The notes below the pieces were generated by a model. The model saw only the letters and a program-made list of their open reading frames with translations, did no database searches and was not told where the DNA came from. A program made the translations under genes and the position numbers. DNA of 59,543 bases from Propionibacterium sp. (GTDB lineage: Bacteria > Actinomycetota > Actinomycetes > Propionibacteriales > Propionibacteriaceae): the NCBI GenBank assembly GCA_012838755.1, contig DUOQ01000286.1, forward strand, positions 1 to 59,543. The letters run 5' to 3'. Below, piece after piece: positions 1 through 7,995 of this stretch (position 1 is the first letter of the stretch; each line of letters opens with the position of its first letter).

Positions 1-132
1 GGCTCCCAACGGCCGATTCTCGGGGTCGGGCTCGTCAGCTATTCATGCCGCAGAGGTGCCGTGGTGCTTACGCAGCCAACGCATACGCAGTAGACTGAAG
101 GTACGAGAATCGGGTACCTCCCATTTGATTGT
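1..132 (-). mobile_element. Non-coding end of an inserted element, probably the left end of an IS110-family IS with a bridge-RNA-like region; continues beyond the window edge
   Basis: The ABC ATPase sequence stops abruptly after GACGAGCCGA (D-E-P). The 132 bp are ~58% GC (77/132), well below the flanks. The minus strand starts ACAATCAAATGGGAGG, forms hairpins and contains target-matching segments at 29-36 and 6-14. No transposase is visible in the window. Confidence 0.7.
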
Positions 133-694
133 TCGGCTCGTCGAGGACGAGCACCTCGGGGTCGGCCATCAGGGCCAGCGCCACGTCGAGGCGGCGGCGC
201 TCGCCGCCGGACAGCTTGCTGGTCTCGACGTCGGCGCGGCGGGCCAGGTCGACGGCCTCGAGCACGTCGGCGACCGCGATCGGGCGGGAGAGGGTGCCGT
301 GCCACATCCGGGCCATCTCGGCCACGGTGAGGGAGGACGGGAATCCGGAGGCCTGCAGCACCACGCCGGTGCGGTGCCGGACGAGGTGGCGCTCGGCGAC
401 CGGGTCGTGGCCCAGCACGCGGATCTCACCGGCGGCCGGACGAGCCAGCCCCTCGATGAGTTCGACCGTCGAGGTCTTGCCGGCACCGTTGGTGCCCAGC
501 AGGGCGAACAGCTCGCCGCGGCGGACGGTCAGGTCGATCCCGCGGACGGCCTCGAAGGACGCGGTCGGGGTGCGGCCTCCGGTCAGGGGGTTGCGCCGGG
601 TCGCCGTGGTGTAGGTGCGGCGCACGCCGGACAGGGTGATGGCCGCGTCGGCGGCGACCGCCGGGGTGCTGGGCTGGAGCGCTGTCGTCGTCAT
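68..694 (-). pseudogene. ABC transporter ATP-binding protein interrupted at Walker B (native part 133-694), read through into a foreign tail ending YALAA*
   Basis: Walker A GTNGAGKT, signature LSGGE and Walker B VLVLDEP are present. Unrelated NNQMGGTRFSYLQSTAYALAA follows; D-loop and H-loop are missing. Confidence 0.9.
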
Positions 695-749
695 GCATCC
701 AGACTCGCCCCGGATCGCCCCCGCCCCCAGTGCGTTGCCTCACCACCTG

Positions 750-769
750 CCCGTGACATCTGTCACGGG
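750..769. promoter_or_regulatory. Palindromic operator CCCGTGACA-TC-TGTCACGGG between the divergent ABC ATPase and aldehyde dehydrogenase genes
   Basis: Perfect 9-bp inverted repeat with a 2-bp spacer in a short divergent intergenic region. Confidence 0.55.
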
Positions 770-789
770 TGGCCTCCTACAGTGGAGGC

Positions 790-2355
790 ATGGCAGCCGT
801 GCACACCGATGTCCCCCGCCTCGTCGCGCCCGACCGGGTCGCCGACCTCGTCGCGCTCGTCACCGCGTCCGGTGGCGAGGTGGCCGAGACCGTGTCGCCG
901 TTGGACGGGTCGACGTTGGCCCGGATCCCGCAGAGCTCGCTCGTCGACGTCGACGGCGCCTTCGCCCGCGCGCGGGCGGCGCAGCCCGTCTGGGCCGCGC
1001 TCGGGGCGTCCGAGCGTGGACGCCGCCTGCTGGAGTTCCACGACCTCCTGCTGGCCGAGCAGGCGCAACTGGTCGACCTCATCATCACCGAGACCGGGAA
1101 GTCGCGACGCGACGCCACTGACGAGGTGTTCCACGCGGCCATGACCGCGCGCTACTACGGCGTGCATGCCGAGCGGTTCCTGCGCCGCGAGCGCCGGCTG
1201 GGGGCGATCCCGGTGCTGACGCGGGTCGACGTGAACCACGTGCCCAAGGGCGTGGTCGGCGTCATCTCGCCCTGGAACTACCCCCTGACCATGGGCTTCT
1301 CCGACGGTGTGGCCGCCTTGGCGGCCGGCAACACGGTGGTCGCCAAGCCCGACGCGCAGACCATGCTCACCGCCCTGGCCGCGCTCGAGGTGCTGCGCCG
1401 GGCGGGCGTCCCCGACGACGTGTGGCAGGTCGTCGCCGGGCCGGGGGGCGAGATCGGCACCGCGCTGGTCGAGCGCGCCGACCACATCACGTTCACCGGC
1501 TCGACCGCCACCGGCCGCAAGGTCGCCGCGGGGGCCGCGGAGCGCCTCATCAGCGCGTCGCTGGAGCTGGGTGGCAAGAACCCCATGGTCGTCCTCGAGG
1601 ACGCCGACCTCGACGCGGCCGTCGACGGCGCGATCCGCGGGTGCTTCGGCAACGCCGGGCAGTTGTGCGTGTCGTTCGAGCGCCTGTACGTGGCGCGGCC
1701 GGTGTACCACGCGTTCCGGTCCCGGTTCGTGGACGCCGTACGCGCCCTCGACCTGACCGTCGGCCTCGACTGGTCGTGTGACGTCGGCACCCTGACCAGC
1801 CCCGCCCAACTGGAGAAGGTGTCGGCCCACGTCGAGGACGCCCGCGCGAAGGGCGCCGTGGTGCTCGTGGGCGGGCACCCGCGCGAGGACCTCGCCCCGT
1901 GGTGTTACGCCCCGACCGTCCTTGAGGGCGTCACCGAATCCATGGACCTGTACCGCAACGAGACCTTCGGCCCGGTCGTGGCGCTATACCCGTTCGACAC
2001 CGACGACGAGGCGGTCGAACTGGCCAACGACTCCGTCTACGGGCTCAACGCCTCGGTCTGGAGCCGCGACGGGCACCGGGCCCGCGCGCTGGCGTCCCGG
2101 ATCAGGTCGGGCTCGGTCAACGTCAACGAGGCGCTCGCCGCGTCATTCGGCTCGCTGTCGGCCCCGATGGGCGGGTTCGGCGACTCGGGGCTTGGACGCC
2201 GCCAGGGCCCCGAGGGCCTGCTGCGGTTCACCGAGGTGCAGACGGTCGCGAGCCAGCGGGGGATGGGGGTGGGTGCCCCGGCGGGGGTGTCCCGGGAGAA
2301 GTTCGCCGCGGTGATGACCAGCGCGCTGAAGGTGATGCGGGCCCTGCGCCTCTGA
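790..2355 (+). CDS. NAD(P)-dependent aldehyde dehydrogenase, succinate-semialdehyde dehydrogenase-like
   Basis: ISPWNYP, FTGSTATG, LELGGKNP, catalytic NAGQLCVS, ETFGPV; GGAGG RBS before ATG 790. Confidence 0.9.
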   Translation: MAAVHTDVPRLVAPDRVADLVALVTASGGEVAETVSPLDGSTLARIPQSSLVDVDGAFARARAAQPVWAALGASERGRRLLEFHDLLLAEQAQLVDLIITETGKSRRDATDEVFHAAMTARYYGVHAERFLRRERRLGAIPVLTRVDVNHVPKGVVGVISPWNYPLTMGFSDGVAALAAGNTVVAKPDAQTMLTALAALEVLRRAGVPDDVWQVVAGPGGEIGTALVERADHITFTGSTATGRKVAAGAAERLISASLELGGKNPMVVLEDADLDAAVDGAIRGCFGNAGQLCVSFERLYVARPVYHAFRSRFVDAVRALDLTVGLDWSCDVGTLTSPAQLEKVSAHVEDARAKGAVVLVGGHPREDLAPWCYAPTVLEGVTESMDLYRNETFGPVVALYPFDTDDEAVELANDSVYGLNASVWSRDGHRARALASRIRSGSVNVNEALAASFGSLSAPMGGFGDSGLGRRQGPEGLLRFTEVQTVASQRGMGVGAPAGVSREKFAAVMTSALKVMRALRL

Positions 2356-2391
2356 GCGACGGGCTGTCGGCGGGGCGTCGGCTGCCGGCGC

Positions 2392-3366
2392 TCAGGCGAT
2401 CTGGCGGACCTGCACCGGAACGTCGGCGGCCTGGCCGGGGGTAGGCACCTCCGAGCCGGGCAGCGTGACGCACGCCGTGCCGTAGGCGACCGCGCGACGG
2501 AGGCGCGCGGCGGGGTCGTGCCCGGCGTGGCAGGCCAGCAGGTAGCCGGCGAGGGCGGCGTCCCCGGCGCCGACGACCGACACCATCTCGACGGGGTCGG
2601 CCTCGGCGTGCCACACGCCGTCGTCGCAAGCGAGGATCGCGCCGTTGGCACCGAGCGTGGCCAGCACGGAGGTGATCCCGTGGGCGCGCAGCTCCAGCGC
2701 CGCCGCGGTGGCCTGGTGCAGGTCACCCTGCTCGAGTGCGGTGCGGATCGGGCGCCCGGTGACCTGCTCGAGCTCGGTGACGTTGGGGGAGATCACGTCG
2801 GGTGCGCGGGCGCCGGCCCGCACCACGGAGTCCAGCGCCGGCCCGTGCGCGTCGACCGCCACCTGGACGCCGACCTGGCGGGCGATGTCGGTGAGGCGGA
2901 CGTACCAGTTGTCGGGGGTGCCGGGGGGCAGGCTGCCGCACAGGGCCAACCAGGCGGCGCCGGGCAGGGTGGCGTGCAGGGCGCTGACGAGCGCGGTCTG
3001 GTTCTCGGGCGTCAGGGGTTCACCGGGCTCGTTGAACCGGGTGATCTGGCCGTCGGGGTGGGTGATGCTCAGGTTGGTGCGCGCGCGGCGTCCGACCGGG
3101 ACCATGCGCGAGGGCACCCCGCGGACGCGCAGGGCCTCGGCGAGCGGGTCCATGGCGTCGACCGGGACGATCGCGCGGGTGGGGTGGCCGGCGGCGTGGA
3201 CCGCCGCGCTGACCACGACGCCCTTGCCCGCGGCGGCGGAGTACACCCGGCCCAGCCGGTTCAGGCTGCCCACGCGCAGTTCCCCGGACAGGGGCGCGCC
3301 TCGGTCCAGGCTCGGGTTCGCCGTGAACGTGATGATCACCGGGACAACGTACCCTCGGGGTGACAT
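2392..3366 (-). CDS. 1-phosphofructokinase family (PfkB) hexose kinase
   Basis: ITFTANPSLD, AAGKGV, CGSLPPG, VGAGDA; start uncertain. Confidence 0.85.
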   Translation of the reverse strand: MSPRGYVVPVIITFTANPSLDRGAPLSGELRVGSLNRLGRVYSAAAGKGVVVSAAVHAAGHPTRAIVPVDAMDPLAEALRVRGVPSRMVPVGRRARTNLSITHPDGQITRFNEPGEPLTPENQTALVSALHATLPGAAWLALCGSLPPGTPDNWYVRLTDIARQVGVQVAVDAHGPALDSVVRAGARAPDVISPNVTELEQVTGRPIRTALEQGDLHQATAAALELRAHGITSVLATLGANGAILACDDGVWHAEADPVEMVSVVGAGDAALAGYLLACHAGHDPAARLRRAVAYGTACVTLPGSEVPTPGQAADVPVQVRQIA

Positions 3367-3406
3367 CCCCTCCCGGGGGCGCCACAGTGCGGAAGGGGTG
3401 CTGCGG

Positions 3407-3541
3407 TCAGTCCGCGAACGTGCTGGTGTCGGTCACGTGGCGGTAGCGGACCTTCGCGCCGACCACGTCGTCATGGGCCCGGGTGATCTGGTCGCCGGCG
3501 ATGACCTCGCGCAGGGGGCTTCTCCTCTGGGCGTGTTGCAT
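3407..3541 (-). pseudogene. C-terminal remnant of a Zn/NADP-dependent alcohol dehydrogenase (AdhC/CAD-like)
   Basis: Translates to ..EVIAGDQITRAHDDVVGAKVRYRHVTDTSTFAD*, resembling the family C-terminus (EVI..DQINEAY..V....VRYRFVID). Confidence 0.6.
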
Positions 3542-3599
3542 CTCTGAGTGACGACTATGCCCCCTGGGAGGCACAAGGCGCACTCAGATTTGTCGCACG
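3532..3599. repeat. REP/REPIN-like inverted pair (TCTGAGTGACGA ... CGCACTCAGATTTGTCGCACG)
   Basis: Same unit and similar spacer as 7890-7957; overlaps the kinase stop codon. Confidence 0.8.
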
Positions 3600-5062
3600 G
3601 GGGCCAGTGGCACCCGCACGGTGAACTCGGTGTGGCCGGGGCGCGACCGCACGTCGACGTGGCCACCGTGGGCGGCGACGACGGCGGCCACGATCGCCAG
3701 GCCCAGGCCCGTCGACGGGACTCCGCCACCGGCCCGGGACCGGCTGGCGTCGGCGCGGGTGAACCGTTCGAACACGCGGTCGGCGACCTCCGGCGGGATG
3801 CCCGGGCCGTCGTCGGAGACCCGCACCACGGCCCAGCCCTGCTCGGCGGCCAGCGACGTGGTGACGCGCGTCCCGGCGGGGGTGTGCGTGCGCGCGTTGG
3901 CGAGCAGGTTCGCAACGACCTGGGTCAGGCGGTGCCGGTCGGCGAGGGCCACGACCTCGGCGTCCGGTAGCGAGAGCGCCCACGCGTGGTCGGGCCCGGC
4001 GGCGCGGGCGTCGGAGACGGCGTCCGCCACGAGGGTGCTCAGCGGCGTCGGGGCGATCTCCAGCGCCGGGCCGGAGTCGAGCCGGGCGAGCAGGAGCAGG
4101 TCCTCGACGAGGTGCGACATGCGCTCGGACTCCGACTCGATCCGCTCCAGGGCGTGCGCGGTCGTCGCGGGCACGTCGGGGCGTTCCCGGCGGGTGAGTT
4201 CGGCGTACCCCCGGATGGCGGCCAGCGGGTTGCGCAGCTCGTGCGAGGCGTCCGCGACGAACCGGCGCAGCTTGGTCTCGGAGCCCTCCCGCGCGCCCAA
4301 CGCCCCCTCGACATGGTCGAGCATGCGGTTGAACGCGATCCCGACCTGGCCGACCTCCGAGCGCGGGTCGGTGTCCTCGGCGGGGAAGCGCACGGGCACG
4401 TCCACCGCGCCGGACCCCAGCGGCAGCGCCGACACCTGGTGGGCGGTCGTCGCGAGCCGGGCGAGGGGGCGCAAGTTGCGCTCGACCACGGTCCGGGCGG
4501 CCAGGAAGGCGATGATGATCGCCATCAGCGTCAGCACCACGGCGGCGACCATGATCGAGGCCATGGACGCCGTGAGTCCGGCCAACGGCAGGCCGACCAC
4601 CATCACCTGCGACCCCTGGGCGATGCCCACGATGCGGTAGGGGCCCAGGCTCGGGAGGGCCCGGGTCTCGGGGCGTCCCGTCGGCACGACCCGCTCGAGC
4701 TCGGCGGCGACCTGCTCGCCCACCACGTTGCGGTCGTGCTCGACCTGGACGATCCCGCCCTGGCCCTGCCAGTAGAACAGCAGCCCCTGTGCCAGGCCGG
4801 GCCCGCCGCGTCCGGGGGACATGCCCTGGCCGCGGCCCTCGCCACGCGTCTGGGTGGCGCTCGCGAGCAGTTGCTCGTCGAGCTGGTCCTGCAGGATGCG
4901 GTGCATCGTCAGGGCGGTCAACCCCGACAGCAGCACCGCGATCACCGCGACCAGCGCGGTGGTGGACAGGATGAGGCGGCGGCTGAGGGTCCCCGCCCCC
5001 AGCGGCTCCGGGCGGGGGTGGGACGCCGCGGGCGCGGGCACCACGGGGCCGGGACCGGTCAT
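3584..5062 (-). CDS. HAMP-domain sensor histidine kinase (PhoR/TcrY-like)
   Basis: Two TM segments, FVADASHELRNPL H-box, NLLANA, DDGPGI, GLGLAIV. Confidence 0.95.
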   Translation of the reverse strand: MTGPGPVVPAPAASHPRPEPLGAGTLSRRLILSTTALVAVIAVLLSGLTALTMHRILQDQLDEQLLASATQTRGEGRGQGMSPGRGGPGLAQGLLFYWQGQGGIVQVEHDRNVVGEQVAAELERVVPTGRPETRALPSLGPYRIVGIAQGSQVMVVGLPLAGLTASMASIMVAAVVLTLMAIIIAFLAARTVVERNLRPLARLATTAHQVSALPLGSGAVDVPVRFPAEDTDPRSEVGQVGIAFNRMLDHVEGALGAREGSETKLRRFVADASHELRNPLAAIRGYAELTRRERPDVPATTAHALERIESESERMSHLVEDLLLLARLDSGPALEIAPTPLSTLVADAVSDARAAGPDHAWALSLPDAEVVALADRHRLTQVVANLLANARTHTPAGTRVTTSLAAEQGWAVVRVSDDGPGIPPEVADRVFERFTRADASRSRAGGGVPSTGLGLAIVAAVVAAHGGHVDVRSRPGHTEFTVRVPLAPVRQI

Positions 5063-5787
5063 GCGCCGGCCGGCTTCAGGACGTACCCCGCGCCGCGCAG
5101 GGTGTGGATCATGGGCTCGCGCCCGGCGTCGATCTTCTTGCGCAGGTAGGAGATGTAGAGCTCCACGACGTTGGCCTGGCCGCCGAAGTCGTAGTTCCAG
5201 ACGCGGTCGAGGATCTGCGCCTTGCTCAGCACCCGCCGCGGGTTGCGCATGAGGTAGCGCAGCAGCTCGAACTCGGTGGCGGTGAGGTGGATCTCCTCCC
5301 CGGCGCGGGTCACCTCGTGGGAGTCCTCGTCGAGGACGAGGTCGCCGACCACCAGTTCGCTGCCGGGCTTGGCCAGCGTCGCGCCCGAGCGGCGCAGCAG
5401 GCCGCGCAGCCGGGCGACGAGTTCCTCGAGCGAGAACGGCTTGGTGACGTAGTCGTCGCCCCCGGCCGTGAGCCCCTGGATGCGGTCGTCCACGGCGTCG
5501 CGGGCCGTCAGGAAGATCACCGGCACGTCGGGCTGCTCGGCGCGGACCCGCCGCATGACCTCCAGCCCGTCGAAGTCGGGCAGCATCATGTCGAGCACGA
5601 TCACGTCGGGGCGGGTGTCCCGGGCCGCCTGCACCGCGCCGAGGCCGGACGTCGCGGCCGTCACGTCCCAGCCCTCGTAGCGCAGCGCCATGCCGAGCAG
5701 CTCGGTGATGCTGGGCTCGTCATCGACGGTCAGCACCCGGATGGGTGTGCCGTCGGGACGGGTCAACTGCTCGTGCGGGGTGCTCAT
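5059..5787 (-). CDS. OmpR/PhoB-family response regulator (PhoP/TcrX-like)
   Basis: VDDE, LDMMLPD, DDYVTKPF, wHTH with IHTLRGAGY; overlaps the kinase start by 4 nt. Confidence 0.95.
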   Translation of the reverse strand: MSTPHEQLTRPDGTPIRVLTVDDEPSITELLGMALRYEGWDVTAATSGLGAVQAARDTRPDVIVLDMMLPDFDGLEVMRRVRAEQPDVPVIFLTARDAVDDRIQGLTAGGDDYVTKPFSLEELVARLRGLLRRSGATLAKPGSELVVGDLVLDEDSHEVTRAGEEIHLTATEFELLRYLMRNPRRVLSKAQILDRVWNYDFGGQANVVELYISYLRKKIDAGREPMIHTLRGAGYVLKPAGA

Positions 5788-5830
5788 GCACCCAGCGTGG
5801 CACCAACGCGTGGGTGATTTCCATGTGTTG

Positions 5831-5848
5831 GCTGTGCGTTCCCTGTGA
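5831..5848 (-). promoter_or_regulatory. Direct repeat TCACAGG-N4-GCACAGC, probable autoregulatory site of the response regulator
   Basis: 11-bp periodic repeat resembling the mycobacterial PhoP box (TCACAGC-N4-TCACAGC), about 45 bp upstream of the ATG. Confidence 0.5.
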
Positions 5849-5873
5849 ACCGGCTGGTTCCTGAGCCGGCGCG

Positions 5874-6164
5874 TCAGCGCATGTCGAAGTCGATGAGCCC
5901 CGGGTCGGGGGACCGCCGGTCCACGTGCCAGGTGGTGACGTGTCCCGGGCGTCCGGGGACGCGGCCACCGGTCAGCAGGCCCACCATCGCGTCCACGTCC
6001 TCGGGCAGCCCCTGGCAGTCGACCTCGACCGAGCCGTCGGGGTCGTTGGCGGCGTACCCGGCGAGCCCGAGGCGTCCGGCCCGGCGGGAGACCCACCAGC
6101 GGAACCCGACGCCCTGGACCAGCCCGTCGACCCGGACGACCGCGCGCGTGAGACCGTCGGTCAC
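5874..6164 (-). CDS. acyP: Acylphosphatase
   Basis: GLVQGVGFR and NDPDGSVE motifs. Confidence 0.92.
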   Translation of the reverse strand: MTDGLTRAVVRVDGLVQGVGFRWWVSRRAGRLGLAGYAANDPDGSVEVDCQGLPEDVDAMVGLLTGGRVPGRPGHVTTWHVDRRSPDPGLIDFDMR

Positions 6165-6592
6165 TGCGTGTGGAGGTAACCCAACAGGTGGTTGCGCTCG
6201 TCGGTGAGCTGCTCGATGCGGTACTTCACCACGTCACCGATCGAGACGATCGCGGTGAGCGAGCCGTCGACCTCGATCGGGACGTGGCGTACCCGCTTGT
6301 GGGTCATGGTGTGGGCGGTGTCCTCGATGCTGTCCTCGGGCTTGCCCGTGACGACGTCGACGGTCATCAGGTCGCGGACCGTGGCCTCGAGGAGCGAGCT
6401 GCCGGAGCCCGCCAGGCCGCGCACGACGTCGCGCTCGCTGATGATTCCCTCGATGTGCTGCCCGTCGGAGGAGACGACGAGCGCACCGATGTTGTTGTCC
6501 GCCATGAGCGAGACGAGTTCGGCCACGGTGGCGGTGGGTGCGATGGTCACCACGGAGGTGCCCTTGCTGCGGATCACGTCTTCGAGCTTCAT
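6161..6592 (-). CDS. CBS domain pair protein
   Basis: IGALVV, GIISERD, RVRHVP, IVSIGDVVK. Confidence 0.92.
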   Translation of the reverse strand: MKLEDVIRSKGTSVVTIAPTATVAELVSLMADNNIGALVVSSDGQHIEGIISERDVVRGLAGSGSSLLEATVRDLMTVDVVTGKPEDSIEDTAHTMTHKRVRHVPIEVDGSLTAIVSIGDVVKYRIEQLTDERNHLLGYLHTQ

Positions 6593-6702
6593 GCCCGGAC
6601 GCTACCCGGAACCTCTCGGGCGCGCCAGAGGGGGGCCCTATGATCTGTCCGACCGGCACGCGTGGCCCACGCGTGCGCACCGACCCTTCAGGGAGCAGCC
6701 CA

Positions 6703-7875
6703 GTGGAGCGATCCTGGCGCACCGCAGCCGTCCGCGCGGGCATCGACGCCGACACCGCCGAGGGCGCCGTCGTCCCCCCGATCTACCTGTCGACCAACTA
6801 CGGGTTCACCGGGCTGCGCGCCCCGCGCACCCACGACTACTCCCGTTCGGGCAACCCGACGCGCAGCCACCTCGCCGACGCGCTCGCGGAACTCGACGGC
6901 GCCGCGGGGGCCGTGGTCACGGCGTCCGGGATGGGGGCGATCACCACGACGCTCATGGCCCTGGTCTCGGCGGGGGACACGGTGGTGGCCCCGCACGACG
7001 CCTACGGCGGCACGTGGCGCCTGCTGGACGCGCTGGCCAGGCGGGTGGGCTTCGACCTGCACCTCCTCGACCTGGCGGCGCCGGACGCCGTGGAGCGGGT
7101 CCGCACCCTCGTCCCGGTCCTGACCTGGGTGGAGACACCGTCGAACCCCCTGCTGGCGATCAGCGACCTCGCGGCGCTGGCGGACGCGACCCACGCCGGT
7201 GGCGGCTTGCTGGTGGCCGACAACACCTTCTGCTCGCCGGTGCTGCAGCGTCCCCTCGAGTTCGGGGCGGACGCCGTGGTGCAATCGTCGACGAAGTACC
7301 TCAACGGGCACTCCGACGTGATCGGGGGCGTGGTGGCCTCGGCGACGGCCGAGATGGCCGAGCAGATGGCCTGGTGGGCGAACTGCCTGGGCGTCACCGG
7401 GGGAGCGTTCGACAGCTACCTCACGCTGCGCGGGTTGCGCACGCTGGGCGTGCGGATGGCCGCGCACCAGGAGAACGCCGCCGCGGTCGTGGACGCCCTG
7501 TGCGCCCACCCCGCCGTCGAGCGCGTGCACTACCCGGGGCTGGCCGACCACCCCGGGCACGAACTGGCGCAGCGCCAGATGGACGGGTTCGGGGCGATCG
7601 TGTCGTTCGAGGTCGTCGGGGGAGAGGACGCCGTGGCGGCCCTGGTCGACGGGCTCGCGCACTTCTCCTTGGCCGAGTCCCTCGGCGGCGTCGAGTCGCT
7701 CATCTGCCACCCGGGCTCGATGACCCACGCCGCGATGCCGCCCGAGGTGCAGGAGGCGGCCGGCCTGCGACCCGGCCTCGTGCGCCTGTCGGTGGGCATC
7801 GAGGACCCCGACGACCTCGTCACCGACCTGGTGGCCGGGCTGGATCGCGCCGGGGCGTGCGACGAATCTGAGTGA
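6703..7875 (+). CDS. metB: Cystathionine gamma-synthase
   Basis: YSRSGNPT, ETPSNP, DNTF, PLP lysine in SSTKYLNGHSD, AESLGGVESL; start GTG 6703 or ATG 6640. Confidence 0.9.
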   Translation: MERSWRTAAVRAGIDADTAEGAVVPPIYLSTNYGFTGLRAPRTHDYSRSGNPTRSHLADALAELDGAAGAVVTASGMGAITTTLMALVSAGDTVVAPHDAYGGTWRLLDALARRVGFDLHLLDLAAPDAVERVRTLVPVLTWVETPSNPLLAISDLAALADATHAGGGLLVADNTFCSPVLQRPLEFGADAVVQSSTKYLNGHSDVIGGVVASATAEMAEQMAWWANCLGVTGGAFDSYLTLRGLRTLGVRMAAHQENAAAVVDALCAHPAVERVHYPGLADHPGHELAQRQMDGFGAIVSFEVVGGEDAVAALVDGLAHFSLAESLGGVESLICHPGSMTHAAMPPEVQEAAGLRPGLVRLSVGIEDPDDLVTDLVAGLDRAGACDESE

Positions 7876-7990
7876 CGACTCGTCTGCGGCGTGCGACAAA
7901 TCTGAGTGACGAACATGCCCCTTGAGGCCGCGAAGACGCACTCAGATGTGTCGCACGGCTCGGAGCTTGCGCACTCAGATCTGCCACACG
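7856..7990. repeat. Nested REP/REPIN-like cluster: two forward copies (7856-7878, 7890-7912) and two inverted copies (7937-7957, 7970-7990) of CGTGCGACAAATCTGAGTG
   Basis: Directly visible; lies between convergent genes and overlaps the metB stop. Confidence 0.85.
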
Positions 7991-7995
7991 GGGGG

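Noticed and set aside
1-132. tmRNA (ssrA) gene, or a group I/II intron
   Set aside because: Only the YALAA* tail resembles tmRNA; there is no tRNA-like 5' end or resume-codon context. There is no GTGCG group II 5' end and no recognisable group I core in the visible part.
7856-7990. CRISPR array
   Set aside because: Repeats switch orientation, spacers are short and irregular, and no cas genes are present
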